From the NCBI GenBank assembly GCA_963824165.1, contig CAWGOM010000017.1:153278-217277 (forward strand): 64,000 nt of DNA. Reading direction: 5' to 3'. Each line of letters opens with the position of its first letter. Positions within the stretch are counted from its first letter, which is position 1. This DNA is from an uncultured Acidobacteriota bacterium (GTDB lineage Bacteria > Acidobacteriota > Thermoanaerobaculia > UBA5066 > Gp7-AA6). The position numbers and the translations under genes were made by a program. The notes beneath the pieces were generated by a model that was not told where the DNA came from, did no database searches, and saw only the letters and a list, made by a program, of their open reading frames with translations. Below, piece after piece: positions 42,026 through 52,717 of the stretch.

Positions 42026-44325
42026 CGAGCGCGACGGCGCGCCCGGTCCCCGCCGGCGCCTTCCGGACGCTGCAGGTCGCGGTCTGCGCCGGGGCCGCCG
42101 TGATCCTCGCGGCGCTGGCCCCGACGATCCCCTGGGCCCGCTGGCCGGAGCTCCTCTTCTTCACCGCCCTCGCGGTGCTGGCGTTTCGCCTGCGCGTACG
42201 CTACGCCGAAAACTACGTCGGCCTGGAGGCCGCCGCCCTGGTTCCCGCCATCCTCCTGCTCGACTCCCCCGGCGCGGCGATGCTCGTCTGCGTCGTCGCG
42301 GACGCCATCTCCAAGCTCCTCGCCCGGCCCGGGCGCCTCTCCCTCTCCAACGCCTTCGACGTCGCCCAGCTTTCGCTCGCCTACGGGACGGCCGCCCTCT
42401 TCTGCCGCGCCCTCCACGCCGCCGGCAGCTCCTGGGTCACCGTCGCGGCCCTGGCGACCGGCGTCCTCCTCGTCTTCTACTTCGTCAACACGGCTCTCGT
42501 CTTCGCCTACCTCGAGCTCGGCGGCATGGCTTCGCGGGCGCGCCTGCTCGAGATCGCCCTCTTCCAGCTCGCCGCCCTGCTGCTGCTGGCGCCGATCGTG
42601 ATCCTCGAGGTCCTCGTCTACGCGCCCTACGGCGTCGCCGGGACGCTCCTCGCGTTCTTCCCCGTCGTGCTGGCCTCTTTCGTCGTCCGCACCCTTTCAT
42701 CCATGGAACGGCGGGTGGCCGAAGTCTCGCGGCAGAACCGCGAGCTCGACGTCATGCGCGAGATCTCGACGACCTTCGGCGTCAGCGCCCGGGTCGACCG
42801 GTACGAGCGCGTCTTCGCCGCCGTCGCCCGCCTGCTTCCGGTCGAGGCCGTCGCCGTCATCGAATGGCCGGGCAGCGAAGGCGAAGACCTCGCGGTGCAC
42901 GTATCGGAGAGGGCGACGGCGACCCGGCGCGAGATCCTGGCGTGGGCCCGCCGGAGCCGGCTCGACGAGCGCCGCGTCGAGCGCGGGAGCGCTCCCGAGG
43001 AGCTCTCCGTGGGCGAGGCGCGGGAGATCCGCCTGGCGCCCGGGACGCACTATCAGGTCCGCATCCGCCTCTCGACCTTCGAGCTGCACTCGGGGCTCCT
43101 CGTCCTCGAGGGAGGCGACCCGGCCCTCCACGCTCCCGAGACGGTCGCATCGCTCCGGACGATCGCCGAGCACATCGCCCTCGTCCTCCAGGACCGGGCC
43201 ATCCGCGCCCAGATCGAGTCGCTCTCCGAACGCAACCGCGAGCGCGCCGAGACGCTCAACCAGATCCTCGAGATCTCGAACGACCTCAAGAAGAACCACA
43301 CGCTCGACGACCTTCTCCCCTCGATCGTCTCGGCCGTGGCCAAGAGCCTCGGCTTCCAGCAGGTCGTCCTGTCGCTCTACGATCGCGAACGCAATTTCTT
43401 CTCGCCCCGGGCGCAACATGGCCTCGCCGACCGCTGGCCCGCGATCCGGGAGCACGACGTTCCCGCCGAGGAGATCACGCGCCACTGGACCGAAAAGAAC
43501 CGCGTCTCGAAGTCGTTTCACGTGCGCGACCGCTCGGCCCGGGGCCCGTTGCCCGCCGTTTCCGCGTCGCGGCGGGTCGTCGCGGCCGGCGACGACGGCT
43601 GGCATGCGAACGAGCTGCTCTGGATCCCGCTGTATGCCGAGGACCGGCTGCTCGGGTGCCTGTCCGTGGACGATCCCCGCAACGGCGAGTCGCCGTCGCT
43701 CGAGACCATCCGGTCGCTCGAGATCTTCGCCAACCAGGCCGTTTCGGCCATCGAGAACGCCCGGTCCTACGGCGAGGCCCGCGAGCAGTCGATTCGCGAC
43801 TCGCTGACCGGCGCGTACAACCACCGGCACTTCCAGGAGGTCCTCCAGCGGGAGCTCGGCCGCGCCGAGCGTCTCGGCCGGCCGCTGACGGTCGTGATGC
43901 TCGACATCGACGACTTCAAGGCGATCAACGACCGCTACGGACACCCCGTCGGCGACGCCATCCTGCAGGGCATCGTCGCCGAGGTCCGGAACGAGGTCCG
44001 TGGCGACATGGACCTGCTCGCCCGCTACGGCGGAGACGAGTTCGCGCTCGTGCTGCCGGAGACGCCGGTCAGCGAGGCTCTCCTCGTCGCCGAACGCGTC
44101 CGGCGACGCGTCGACGAAAGGCTCTTCCGCATGCCCGACTCGCGCGAGATCCTCCGCGCGACGGTGTCGATCGGCCTCGCCACGTATCCCGAGGACGCCA
44201 CGGAGAAGGCGCACCTCGTCGAAAAGGCCGATGCGGCCCTGTACCGCGCCAAGCACGGCGGCAAGAACGCGGTGGTGGCGACCTCGGAGCCGGGGTCGGG
44301 ACAGCTCCCACTGCTTCCCCACTAG
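42022..44325 (+). CDS. Membrane-anchored GAF-GAF-GGDEF diguanylate cyclase
   Basis: N-terminal TM bundle, two GAF-like regions, DSLTGAYN, DIDDFKAIND..GH..GD, RYGGDEF, AD.ALY.AK. Confidence 0.92.
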   Translation: MTSATARPVPAGAFRTLQVAVCAGAAVILAALAPTIPWARWPELLFFTALAVLAFRLRVRYAENYVGLEAAALVPAILLLDSPGAAMLVCVVADAISKLLARPGRLSLSNAFDVAQLSLAYGTAALFCRALHAAGSSWVTVAALATGVLLVFYFVNTALVFAYLELGGMASRARLLEIALFQLAALLLLAPIVILEVLVYAPYGVAGTLLAFFPVVLASFVVRTLSSMERRVAEVSRQNRELDVMREISTTFGVSARVDRYERVFAAVARLLPVEAVAVIEWPGSEGEDLAVHVSERATATRREILAWARRSRLDERRVERGSAPEELSVGEAREIRLAPGTHYQVRIRLSTFELHSGLLVLEGGDPALHAPETVASLRTIAEHIALVLQDRAIRAQIESLSERNRERAETLNQILEISNDLKKNHTLDDLLPSIVSAVAKSLGFQQVVLSLYDRERNFFSPRAQHGLADRWPAIREHDVPAEEITRHWTEKNRVSKSFHVRDRSARGPLPAVSASRRVVAAGDDGWHANELLWIPLYAEDRLLGCLSVDDPRNGESPSLETIRSLEIFANQAVSAIENARSYGEAREQSIRDSLTGAYNHRHFQEVLQRELGRAERLGRPLTVVMLDIDDFKAINDRYGHPVGDAILQGIVAEVRNEVRGDMDLLARYGGDEFALVLPETPVSEALLVAERVRRRVDERLFRMPDSREILRATVSIGLATYPEDATEKAHLVEKADAALYRAKHGGKNAVVATSEPGSGQLPLLPH

Positions 44326-44457
44326 ACGTCGCTCCGCGCTGCGTTCCGGGCCTGCGCCTTTGGCGCACCGGCCTGCGGCTCGCGGACGGCGCTCGACCGC
44401 AGGCCTGACCCTTCACTTCGCGCTTCGCTCCCGCGGCGCGGACCTCGCCTCAGACTC

Positions 44458-45132
44458 TCAGCGGCCCGCTTCGCGGGCCAACCGACGAGAGAGGGGAAGT
44501 CGCTTCCACCCCCTCTCCCTCAGAATCGAGACCGCGTCCGAATCCGGGTCGAAGAAGCGCAGGGGCCAGTGCCTGGCGTCGCCGGCATAGTCGATGCCGA
44601 TGCGGGGCGAAATGCCGAGGCGACGACGGGCGCGGCGCAAAGGGACGAGGATCCGCACGGTGCCGCCCAGCAGATCCCGTCCGCTGTCCCGCGCGCTGAT
44701 CCCGAGCGCGGCGCAGAGCTTGCCGGGGCCGGCGAGCAGGCGCGCCGGAGCGGCCTCGGGTCCTTCGGCCGCGCGAAGCAGCACGGCCTCGGCGATTCCC
44801 TCGCGCCGGGTGACGACGTTGGCGCAGTGGTGCATGCCGTAGACGAGGAAGACGTACAGGTGGCCGCCGTCGGCGTACATCGGCTCGATCCGCGCCGTGC
44901 GCCTCCCGCCCCAGGAGTGCGCGGCGCGGTCCCCGGGACCCAGATACGCCTCGGTCTCGACGATCCGCGCGCCGTACCAGCTGCCCCGCCAGCGCCGCGC
45001 GATCCAGGCGCCGACGAGATCCCGCGCCACGCGGGTCGTGTCGCGCCGAAAGAACGCGCGCGGCGGCTCCCGCAGGCCGAGGGCGCGCGGATCGATCGCG
45101 AGGCGGGGATCGGGGCGCGGGTTCGCTATCAT
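44458..45132 (-). CDS. mpg: DNA-3-methyladenine glycosylase (AAG/MPG family)
   Basis: RIVETEAY, DRAAHS, YVFLVYGMHHCANVV, AVLLRA, GPGKLC, RIGI, WPLRF. Confidence 0.92.
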   Translation of the reverse strand: MIANPRPDPRLAIDPRALGLREPPRAFFRRDTTRVARDLVGAWIARRWRGSWYGARIVETEAYLGPGDRAAHSWGGRRTARIEPMYADGGHLYVFLVYGMHHCANVVTRREGIAEAVLLRAAEGPEAAPARLLAGPGKLCAALGISARDSGRDLLGGTVRILVPLRRARRRLGISPRIGIDYAGDARHWPLRFFDPDSDAVSILRERGWKRLPLSRRLAREAGR

Positions 45133-45161
45133 GCCGGCATCCGAAAGGACCGACGCATTCT

Positions 45162-46093
45162 ATGAACATCCTCGTGACCGGCGGAGCGGGCTTCATCGGC
45201 TCGCACATGGCGAAGCGGCACCTCGCGGACGGCCACCGGCGTGGTGATCGTCGACGACCTCTCCTCCGGCCGGCGCGAGCGTCTGCCGGAGAACGCGCGG
45301 TTCGTCCAGGCGGACATCGCCTTCGACCGACCTCGAGCCCCTCCTTCGCGAGGAGAAGATCGGGTTCGTCTCCCACCATGCCGCGCAGATCGACCTGCGG
45401 CACAGCGTCGCGGACCCGATCGGCGACGCGCGGGTCAACATCATCGGCAGCCTCATGCTCTTCGAGGCGATGCGCCGCGCGGGCGTGCGGCATGTCCTCT
45501 TCTCCTCGACGGGCGGCGCGATCTACGGCGAGCCTGAGGGTGGCCGACCGGCGCCCGAGTCCCACCCGACCAACCCGGTCTCCCCCTACGGCTGCGCCAA
45601 GCTCTCGATCGAGAAGTACATGCACTACTACCGCGTCGTGCACGGCTTCCAGACGCAGGTCTTCCGCTACGCCAACGTCTACGGGCCCTGGCAGGATGGG
45701 ACGGGCGAGGCGGGCGTGGTCGCGATCTTCTCGGAGGCGATGCTCGGATCACGCCCGCTCAAGATCAACGGCGACGGCGAGCAGACGCGCGACTACGTCT
45801 ACGTCGGCGATCTGGTCCAGGCGGCCGCGGCCGCGACGAAGAGCGACAAGAGCGGCGTCTGGAACCTCGGCGCCGGGATCGAGACCTCGGTCAACCGGCT
45901 CTTCGCGCTGCTCGCGAAGGCGTACGCCTACACCGCGACGCCGCCCCACGTTCCCGCTCCCGCCGGCGAGCAGATGCGCAGCGTCCTCGACGGCTCACTC
46001 GTGCGCAAGGACTTCGCACTGCCGGCCTGGACGAGCCTCGAAGACGGCCTGAAGGAGACCGCCGAGTTCTTCCGGAGCCGCCACAAAGCCTGA
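45162..46093 (+). CDS. NAD-dependent epimerase/dehydratase, UDP-glucose 4-epimerase-like (frameshifted)
   Basis: ILVTGGAGFIGSH, SSTGGAIYG, SPYGCAKL, RYANVYGP, GDGEQTRDYVYV. Confidence 0.88.
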
Positions 46094-46188
46094 CGCCTGG
46101 TGAATCCCGGCCCAATGGTGACGCTCCCGGCAAGGAGCCGCCTCGTCCCCCGCGAGATCCATCGGCCGGGTGGCCCTGGGATGTGGAT

Positions 46189-46214
46189 TAGAATAGCTAT
46201 GTCAATCGACATAG
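46189..46214 (+). promoter_or_regulatory. TA promoter -10 (TAGAAT) with perfect inverted-repeat operator
   Basis: TAGAAT 46189-46194; CTATGTC-AATC-GACATAG 46197-46214, overlapping the start of SD GGAG. Confidence 0.65.
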
Positions 46215-46224
46215 GAGCATCGCC

Positions 46225-46458
46225 GTGAAGACCGTCCAAATGACCCTCGACGAAGACCTGGTTTCCGCCGTCGACCGCGCCGCCCGCGAGCTCGGCACGA
46301 GCCGTTCGGCGTTCACGCGGGCCGCCCTGAAAGAGGCGCTCGAGCGCGTCCGCGCCCGCGCGCTGGAGCAGAGACATCGGGAAGGGTACAGGCGCCGTCC
46401 CGTCCGGCGCCGGGAGTTCAGCATCTGGGAAGCCGAGCAGGCATGGACCGAGCCGTGA
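46225..46458 (+). CDS. Ribbon-helix-helix antitoxin
   Basis: MKTVQMTLDEDLVSAVDRAARELGTSRSAFTRAAL. Confidence 0.85.
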   Translation: MKTVQMTLDEDLVSAVDRAARELGTSRSAFTRAALKEALERVRARALEQRHREGYRRRPVRRREFSIWEAEQAWTEP

Positions 46459-46766
46459 GGCGGGGCGAGGTTCGGTGGTACCGATTCGCCTCCCCCGACA
46501 AGCGCCGCCCGGTGGTCATCCTCACCCGCAACTCGATCCTGGAGTATCTCGGCGAAGTCACGGTCGCGCCCATCACGTCGACGGTTCGCGACATTCCGTC
46601 GGAGGTCGCCCTCACGAGAGAGGACGGAGTTCCGAAGGATTGCGCCGTCAATCTGGATCACGTTCAGACTGTTCCCAAGATCAAGATCGGAGCGCTCATC
46701 ACGACACTGCGAGCCGACCGGCTCCGGCAGGTTCGGAACGCCCTGCTGTTCGCGCTGGACTTCTGA
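46455..46766 (+). CDS. PemK/MazF-family endoribonuclease toxin
   Basis: RRGEVRW, DKRRPVVILT, VTVAPITST, VNLDHVQT. Confidence 0.9.
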   Translation: MRRGEVRWYRFASPDKRRPVVILTRNSILEYLGEVTVAPITSTVRDIPSEVALTREDGVPKDCAVNLDHVQTVPKIKIGALITTLRADRLRQVRNALLFALDF

Positions 46767-46807
46767 AGCCGGTGGCGAACGAACCGCTCGGCCGCAACCC
46801 GTAGGCC

Positions 46808-48070
46808 CTACGCCGGGACTTTCGGCACCGGGTAGGTCCCCGAGCCCGGCCGGGCGTCGCCGCCCGGCGCCGGCCCGAAGTGGCGCTTCAGGACGACGAC
46901 GGTGCGATCGTCTTCGGGCTCGCCGCCGCCGGACCACTCGGTGACCCGCTTGATGAGCTCCCGGGCGATCTCGTCGCAGGGACGCTCGCGCAGCTCCAGG
47001 AAGGCCCGCGTCAGCCGGCCGGGACCGTACTCCTCGCCGTTGTCGTCGTGCGCCTCGACCATGCCGTCGGTGTACAGGAGCAGCGCGTCGCCCGGCTCGA
47101 TGCGGCGAAACCCGCGGCTGTAGGTGGCGTTGGAGGTCGGACCGAGCACCAGGCCGGTCTGCACCAGCGGCGTGACGCTCATGCCGTGGAAGTGGAGCGG
47201 GTGCGGATGTCCGGCGTTGACGTACATGAGGTTCCCGTCGTCCTCGATCTCGCCGTAGAAGAGCGACACGAAGCGGGTCGTCAGTCGCGACTCGTGGATG
47301 ATGCGGTTCAGCCGCTCGACCGTGCGGACGATCTTGAAGTCCCGTTCGACCGCCATGCGCAGGCCCGTGTAGACGTCGCGCACCTGGAGGGCCGCCGGCA
47401 GGCCGTGGCCCGAGGCGTCGGCGATGGCGATCCCGAGGATGCGGTCGGAGACCGAGATGAAATCGAAGTAGTCGCCGCCGACGAGCTCGGCGGGCGTCGT
47501 GAATCCGGCGACCTCGATCGACCCGCGGCGCAGAGCGCGCTTGGGCAGGATCGACATCTGGATCCGGCGGGCCTCCTGGAGCGCGGAGACGTAGCGGTCC
47601 TGCCGCAGCTTCTGGTCGACCGCGAGGCGCAGGATGCCGAGCGAGGAGAGCAGGTCGTCCTCGGGCGCCGCCGGATCGACCGTGAAGGACAGGATGTACT
47701 CGTCGTCGCCGACGGCGATCGCCGCGAAGCGCTCGGCGCCCAGGCGCCGCTCGAGCTCCGCGTCGACGCCGGGCGCCGAGAGGTCCATGACCAGCACGCC
47801 CTCGTCGACCACCCGCTCGATCGGAACGTAGTCTTCCGGGATGAAGAGGCCGGGCGGGACGGCCGGGACGTTCCCGAAGGTCTTGACGAGCTCGTAGCCG
47901 CCGTCGCGGTGCACGTAGAGACGCCCGCCGCGCACGCCGAGCACCTCCGAGAACTGCTCGATGACGGCCGTGGCGGTCTGCATGATCGTCGCGGAGGCAT
48001 CCGCCGTCCGCTCGATCGCCTGGATCGCCTTCTCGACCTTGCGAAAGAGGAACTTCCCGGTTTCAGCCAT
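46808..48070 (-). CDS. GAF plus PP2C (SpoIIE/RsbU) serine phosphatase
   Basis: ARRIQMSILP, VGGDYFDF, IADASGHGLPAAL, NAGHP, LYTDGMVE, DDRT. Confidence 0.92.
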   Translation of the reverse strand: MAETGKFLFRKVEKAIQAIERTADASATIMQTATAVIEQFSEVLGVRGGRLYVHRDGGYELVKTFGNVPAVPPGLFIPEDYVPIERVVDEGVLVMDLSAPGVDAELERRLGAERFAAIAVGDDEYILSFTVDPAAPEDDLLSSLGILRLAVDQKLRQDRYVSALQEARRIQMSILPKRALRRGSIEVAGFTTPAELVGGDYFDFISVSDRILGIAIADASGHGLPAALQVRDVYTGLRMAVERDFKIVRTVERLNRIIHESRLTTRFVSLFYGEIEDDGNLMYVNAGHPHPLHFHGMSVTPLVQTGLVLGPTSNATYSRGFRRIEPGDALLLYTDGMVEAHDDNGEEYGPGRLTRAFLELRERPCDEIARELIKRVTEWSGGGEPEDDRTVVVLKRHFGPAPGGDARPGSGTYPVPKVPA

Positions 48071-48711
48071 GGGGCGCGGATTCTAACCCGGGACCGCGGC
48101 GACGGGCCGGACGCTGCCACGGAAGCCGCCCGCGGCCGTCGTTGCGCTCGTTGAGCGCGGAGAGCGCGCCCTCGAGCTCGCGTCCGTCCGGCCTCCGGCG
48201 AGAGGGTGGTCAGGGCGGGCCGCAGGCGCGCCGCCCACCGGTCCCAGGACTCGAGGACCTTGGCGTGGCGGCCACTCGCGGTGTGCTCCTGCTCGCCCCG
48301 CGCCAGGAGCCGCGTCTCGAGCTCCCGGGCGACGCTTCCGGTGGCGCGGGCCTGACCGTCGCGATCCACGGCCGCCAGGAGCGCGCGCGCCTCGGTCGAC
48401 AGGCCCCCGGTCTGCCAGGGCTCGCGCGCCCGCGCGACCGCGTAGAGCGCCGGCCAGAGGCGCCGGTGGATCCAGGTGGCCTTGCCGGAGACGAGCTTGG
48501 AGAGGAGGACGTCGCGATGGGCGAACAGGGCCTCGCCGGTCGCGAAGATCGTGTGCCCGAGCGGGTGTCCCCACCAGGATCCGCGCACGGGCCCCCCGGC
48601 CACCAGGGCGACCAGGCTCGGCAGCTTCGGGTCCGTCTCGAGCAGGAGGCCGCAGCGCTCGAGCTCGCGAAAGACCCGCTCGGCCTGCCGTTCGACGTTG
48701 CCCGTCGCCAC
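48064..48711 (-). CDS. Hypothetical protein (possible winged-helix; frameshift near the C-terminus, end approximate)
   Basis: LPSLVALVAGGPVRGSWWGHP...KLVSGKATWIHRRLWPAL; TAGGCT -10-like box 6 nt upstream of GTG. Confidence 0.55.
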
Positions 48712-48743
48712 GTGAGCAGCCTAACAGCATAGAATCCGCCGCC

Positions 48744-50713
48744 GTGAGGCATCCCTCGCGGGCGGCGCTCGTTCTCGCGGCCGTCGCCGGACTGGCCCTC
48801 CTCGCGTTCGCCTGCGGCCGGAGCGACAAGGCCGGCCGCGTGATCGTGCTCGGGCTCGACGGCGCCGATCCGGCCACGCTCGACCTCCTGATGTCCGAGG
48901 GCAAGCTTCCGAACTTCGCGAAGCTCCGCCGCGAGGGCGCCTACGCGCCGCTCCTGTCGCAGAAGCCGCTGCTCTCCCCCGTCATCTGGACGACGATCGC
49001 GACCGGCAAGACGCCCGACCGTCACCGGATCGGCCACTTCGTCGCCGTCAACCCGACGACCGGCGAGCAGCTCCCGGTGACCAGCCAGATGCGCCGCGCC
49101 CAGGCCCTCTGGAACATGCTGTCGGCGAACGACCGGTCGGTCGACGTCGTCGGCTGGTGGGCGACCTGGCCGGCCGAGAGCGTCAAGGGCGCGATCGTCT
49201 CGGACCACTTCGCCTATCACTTCCTGATGGAGGAGGGGGCGGCGGGGGCGGCCGGCGGCGCGGGCAAGGTCTCGCCGCCGGAGCTCGAAAAGCGCATCGC
49301 CCGGGCCCTCAAGAAGCCGCAGGACGTCACCCCCGAGGAGCTGGCGCCCTTCGTTTCCGTGACGCCGGAGGATGCCGCGCGCCCGTTCGACTTCGACGAC
49401 GCGCTCTCGCACTTCAAGTGGGCCTACGCGACGGCCGAGACCTACACGTCGATCGGGCTGCAGCTCTGGAAGGAGGACCGGCCGGAGAACCTGCTTGCTC
49501 TACATCGAAGGGCTCGACTCGACCTCGCACCTCTTCGGCCACCTCTTCCGCGCGCAGGATCTCTCGGGAGAGCTGGCCGCGCAGCAGGCGAAGTACGGGC
49601 GGGCGGTCGAGGAGATGTACATCTACGCCGACCGTCTCCTCGGCCGCGTGCTCGACGCGATGGACCGGCGCACGACGCTTGCTCGTCCTCTCGGACCACG
49701 GCTTCGAGCTCGGACGGCTCCAGGACGACCCGTCGAAGACCCGGGACATGCGGCGGGTCAGCGAGACGTTCCACCGGATCGAAGGGATCCTCTACCTCTA
49801 CGGGAACCGCGTGAAGCCCCGGACGCGGCTCAACCGGCCGACGATCCTCGACGTCGCGCCGACGGTCCTCGCCTTGAACGGCCTCGGCCGCGGCGCCGAC
49901 ATGCCCGGGCGCGTCCTCGCAGAGGCCCTCGACCTCACGATCCCCGCGCCCGTCCCGACGTACGAGACGGCCGCGGCGCCGGCCGCGGCCGGCGAGACCC
50001 CGGCCGACTCGCAGGTCGATCCGGAGATCGTCAAGAAGCTGCAGAGCCTCGGCTACATCGGCGCGAAATCGGCGACCGGCGACCGCAACCTCGCCGCCGT
50101 GGCGTTCGAGGCCGGGCGATTCGAGGAGGCCGCCGGCGAGTACGCCAAGCTCGTCGCCGACAAACCCGACGACGGGGCGCTCCGAGCGAGCTACGCCGGC
50201 GCGCTCGGCGCCCTCGGCAACTACGACGCGGCGCTCGTCGAGCTCACGAAGGCGATCGAGCTCGAGCCCCTGAACGTCGAGGCGTACCACAACCGGGCGG
50301 TCGTCCACGAGCGGCGCGGCGAGAAGGCCGCGGCGATCGCCGACTACCAGACAGCGGTCAAGTACAACCCGCAGTACGAGCCCTCGCGCAACGCCCTCCA
50401 GCGCCTCGGCGCCCCGCTGCCGCAGCAGCCCCGGTCGGATGCGGAGAAGCGCGCCGTCGCCCTCGCCGAGGAGGCCGCCGGCGCGGCCCGGCGCGGCGAT
50501 TACGCCGAGGCCCGCCGAAAGCTCGACGAGGCCGGGAGGGTCGCGCCGAAGCTGCCGCTCCTGTACCAGTACCGGGCCAACGTCGCGTATCTGCAGGGCG
50601 ACACGGCCGGCGCGATCGCGGCCCTCGAGGAGGGGCTGAAGGTCGACCCGGGCAACGCCCTCTTCGCCGAGAACCTGAAGCGCCTCCGGCAGCCGACGCC
50701 TCCCTCGCGCTGA
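48744..50713 (+). CDS. Alkaline-phosphatase-superfamily (type I phosphodiesterase) lipoprotein with C-terminal TPRs (frameshifts near 49495 and 49680)
   Basis: LAFAC lipobox-like, VLGLDGAD, LLSPVIWTTIATG, VLSDHGF, LQSLGYIG, TPR repeats. Confidence 0.8.
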
Positions 50714-50727
50714 GGCCCGGCGGCGCC

Positions 50728-52662
50728 GTGACGAGGATCTCCCGCAGCGAGACGTGGCGGACCCTCGGCGTGGCCGCCGTTCCACTCGCGGTCTACGCGG
50801 CCGGCGCCTGCCGCACGGCCTACGTCGGCGACAGCGGCGACCTGCTGACGGCGATCGCCGTGCTCGGCATTCCGCATCCGTCCGGCTATCCGCTGTACGT
50901 CCTGCTCGCGAAGGCCTGGTCGCTCGTGTTCTTCTTCCTGCCGCTGCCCTGGAGCGTGAGCCTGTTCTCGGCCGCATGCGCGGCCGGCGCCTGCGCCGTG
51001 CTGTACCGGGCCGCGCGCGAGTCCGGCGCCGGCGCCGCCGCCTCCGCGGGCGCTGCGTGGCTTCTCGCCTTCGCTCCGAGCTTCTGGGCGGAGGCGAACA
51101 TCCAGCGCGTCTACGCGTTGAACGCGCTCTTCCTCGCGCTCGCGCTCCTCCTCGCGCTGCGCTGGCACCGGGGTCGCGCGCGGCCGGGACCTCGTCGCCG
51201 CGGCGTTCGTCTGCGGCCTCGGCGCGTCCAACCACCTCGAGATGGGCGTGACGGGTGTCGCGATCGGAATCTTCGTCGTGGCCCGCGAGCCGGCGATCCT
51301 CAAGCGCGGACGGCTGGTCCTCGGCTGCGTGCTGCGCCGGCGTCACCGGGCTGCTTCCCTACCTCTACCTTCCGCTGCGCGCCCGGGCCCACCCGCTGCT
51401 GGACTGGGGACACCCGGTCACGCCTTCGAGCTTCGCCTCCGTCGTCCTGCGGTCCGACTTCTGGGGCCGCGCCTGGATCCGCGGGCCCGAGGATCTCGTC
51501 CCGATACTTCGAGACTACGGGTCGAGCCTGCTCTCCGAATCGGCGTGGGCCGGCGCCGGCCTCGCTCTCCTCGCGATCGTGGCCGCGAGACGGCGCGGCT
51601 GGCCGGTCCTGCTGCCCCTTCTCGTCATGCTCGCCAACTGCCGCCACGATGGCGCTCCACGGCTCGCGGAGCGACCTCTTCATCTGGCACCGCTACTACA
51701 TTCCGTCGTACATCGCGCTCGCCCTGATGGCGGCGTGGGGATGGCAGACGATTTCCGAAAGGACGCGCCCCCGGCTCGCGGCCCTGGCGCTGCTGCCGCC
51801 GCTCGCTCTCGCCTCGACCGGCTGGCGCGACAACGACCGCAGCCGCTACCGCATCGGCGAGGACTACTCGCGAACCCTGCTCTCGACCCTGCCCCCCGGC
51901 GCGCACCTGATTGCCTCGGACGACAACGTCCTCTTCATCCTGATGTACCTGAACCTCGGCGAGGGACTGCGGCCGGACGTCGACCTCATCCTCGAGGGCG
52001 TCGGCGGCGCGAACCTGCCGCCGCTTGCCTTCAATCCCGACGTGGACCCCGTCTACACGACGCACCATCCCAACTGGAGGGTCGCGGAGCTCGAGGCCGT
52101 GCCGGTCGGAATGGCCTTCCGCGCGTGGCGCGTCGGGCGGCCCTGGCCGCCGGTGACACCGGTCAAGGGCCGGCTCGACGGCGAGCTCGACCCGCGGGTG
52201 CCGAAGGACTACCTGACGCAGAACCTGATCGGCAACTTCCACCAGATGCTCGGCATGACCTGGGAGACACGGGACTGGCCGCGGGCGGCGCGCGAGCTCG
52301 CCGAGGCCGCGAAGGCCGCGCCCGAGAACGACGTGCTCTTCTACAACCTGGGCCTGATCTACCGCCGCAACGGCCTCCTGGAGGAGGCCCTGGCCGCCTT
52401 CCGGCGCTCCGACGAGATCAATCCCCGCGAGATCGCCAGCGTCACCAGGCCCCGGGCGGCCGAGCGGGCGCGGGAGGTGGAGGCGGAGATCGGCGAGAGG
52501 GACCGGCTGATGGCGGCGCTTGCAAGTGATCCGGCTCTTTCCGGAATCGTGCCCGCCTCGGGAGAGTGGCGGCGCGAGATCGCCGCTCGACTCGAGGCCC
52601 GGGGCCAGCGGACGTGGGCTCGCGGCGAGCGGCTGCGGACGATCGCCCCTGAGGGGCCCTGA
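50728..52662 (+). CDS. DUF2723/TMEM260-like GT-C protein O-mannosyltransferase with C-terminal TPR (frameshifted)
   Basis: GDSGDLLTAIAVLGIPHPSGYPLY, YLYLPLRA...LDWG, DDNVLFILMY. Confidence 0.8.
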   Translation: MTRISRSETWRTLGVAAVPLAVYAAGACRTAYVGDSGDLLTAIAVLGIPHPSGYPLYVLLAKAWSLVFFFLPLPWSVSLFSAACAAGACAVLYRAARESGAGAAASAGAAWLLAFAPSFWAEANIQRVYALNALFLALALLLALRWHRGRARPGPRRRGVRLRPRRVQPPRDGRDGCRDRNLRRGPRAGDPQARTAGPRLRAAPASPGCFPTSTFRCAPGPTRCWTGDTRSRLRASPPSSCGPTSGAAPGSAGPRISSRYFETTGRACSPNRRGPAPASLSSRSWPRDGAAGRSCCPFSSCSPTAATMALHGSRSDLFIWHRYYIPSYIALALMAAWGWQTISERTRPRLAALALLPPLALASTGWRDNDRSRYRIGEDYSRTLLSTLPPGAHLIASDDNVLFILMYLNLGEGLRPDVDLILEGVGGANLPPLAFNPDVDPVYTTHHPNWRVAELEAVPVGMAFRAWRVGRPWPPVTPVKGRLDGELDPRVPKDYLTQNLIGNFHQMLGMTWETRDWPRAARELAEAAKAAPENDVLFYNLGLIYRRNGLLEEALAAFRRSDEINPREIASVTRPRAAERAREVEAEIGERDRLMAALASDPALSGIVPASGEWRREIAARLEARGQRTWARGERLRTIAPEGP

Positions 52663-52717
52663 GCCCGGGGTCGCGGCGATATGCTCCCGAGGGGCTTCCG
52701 GACATAGGAGCGCCGTC

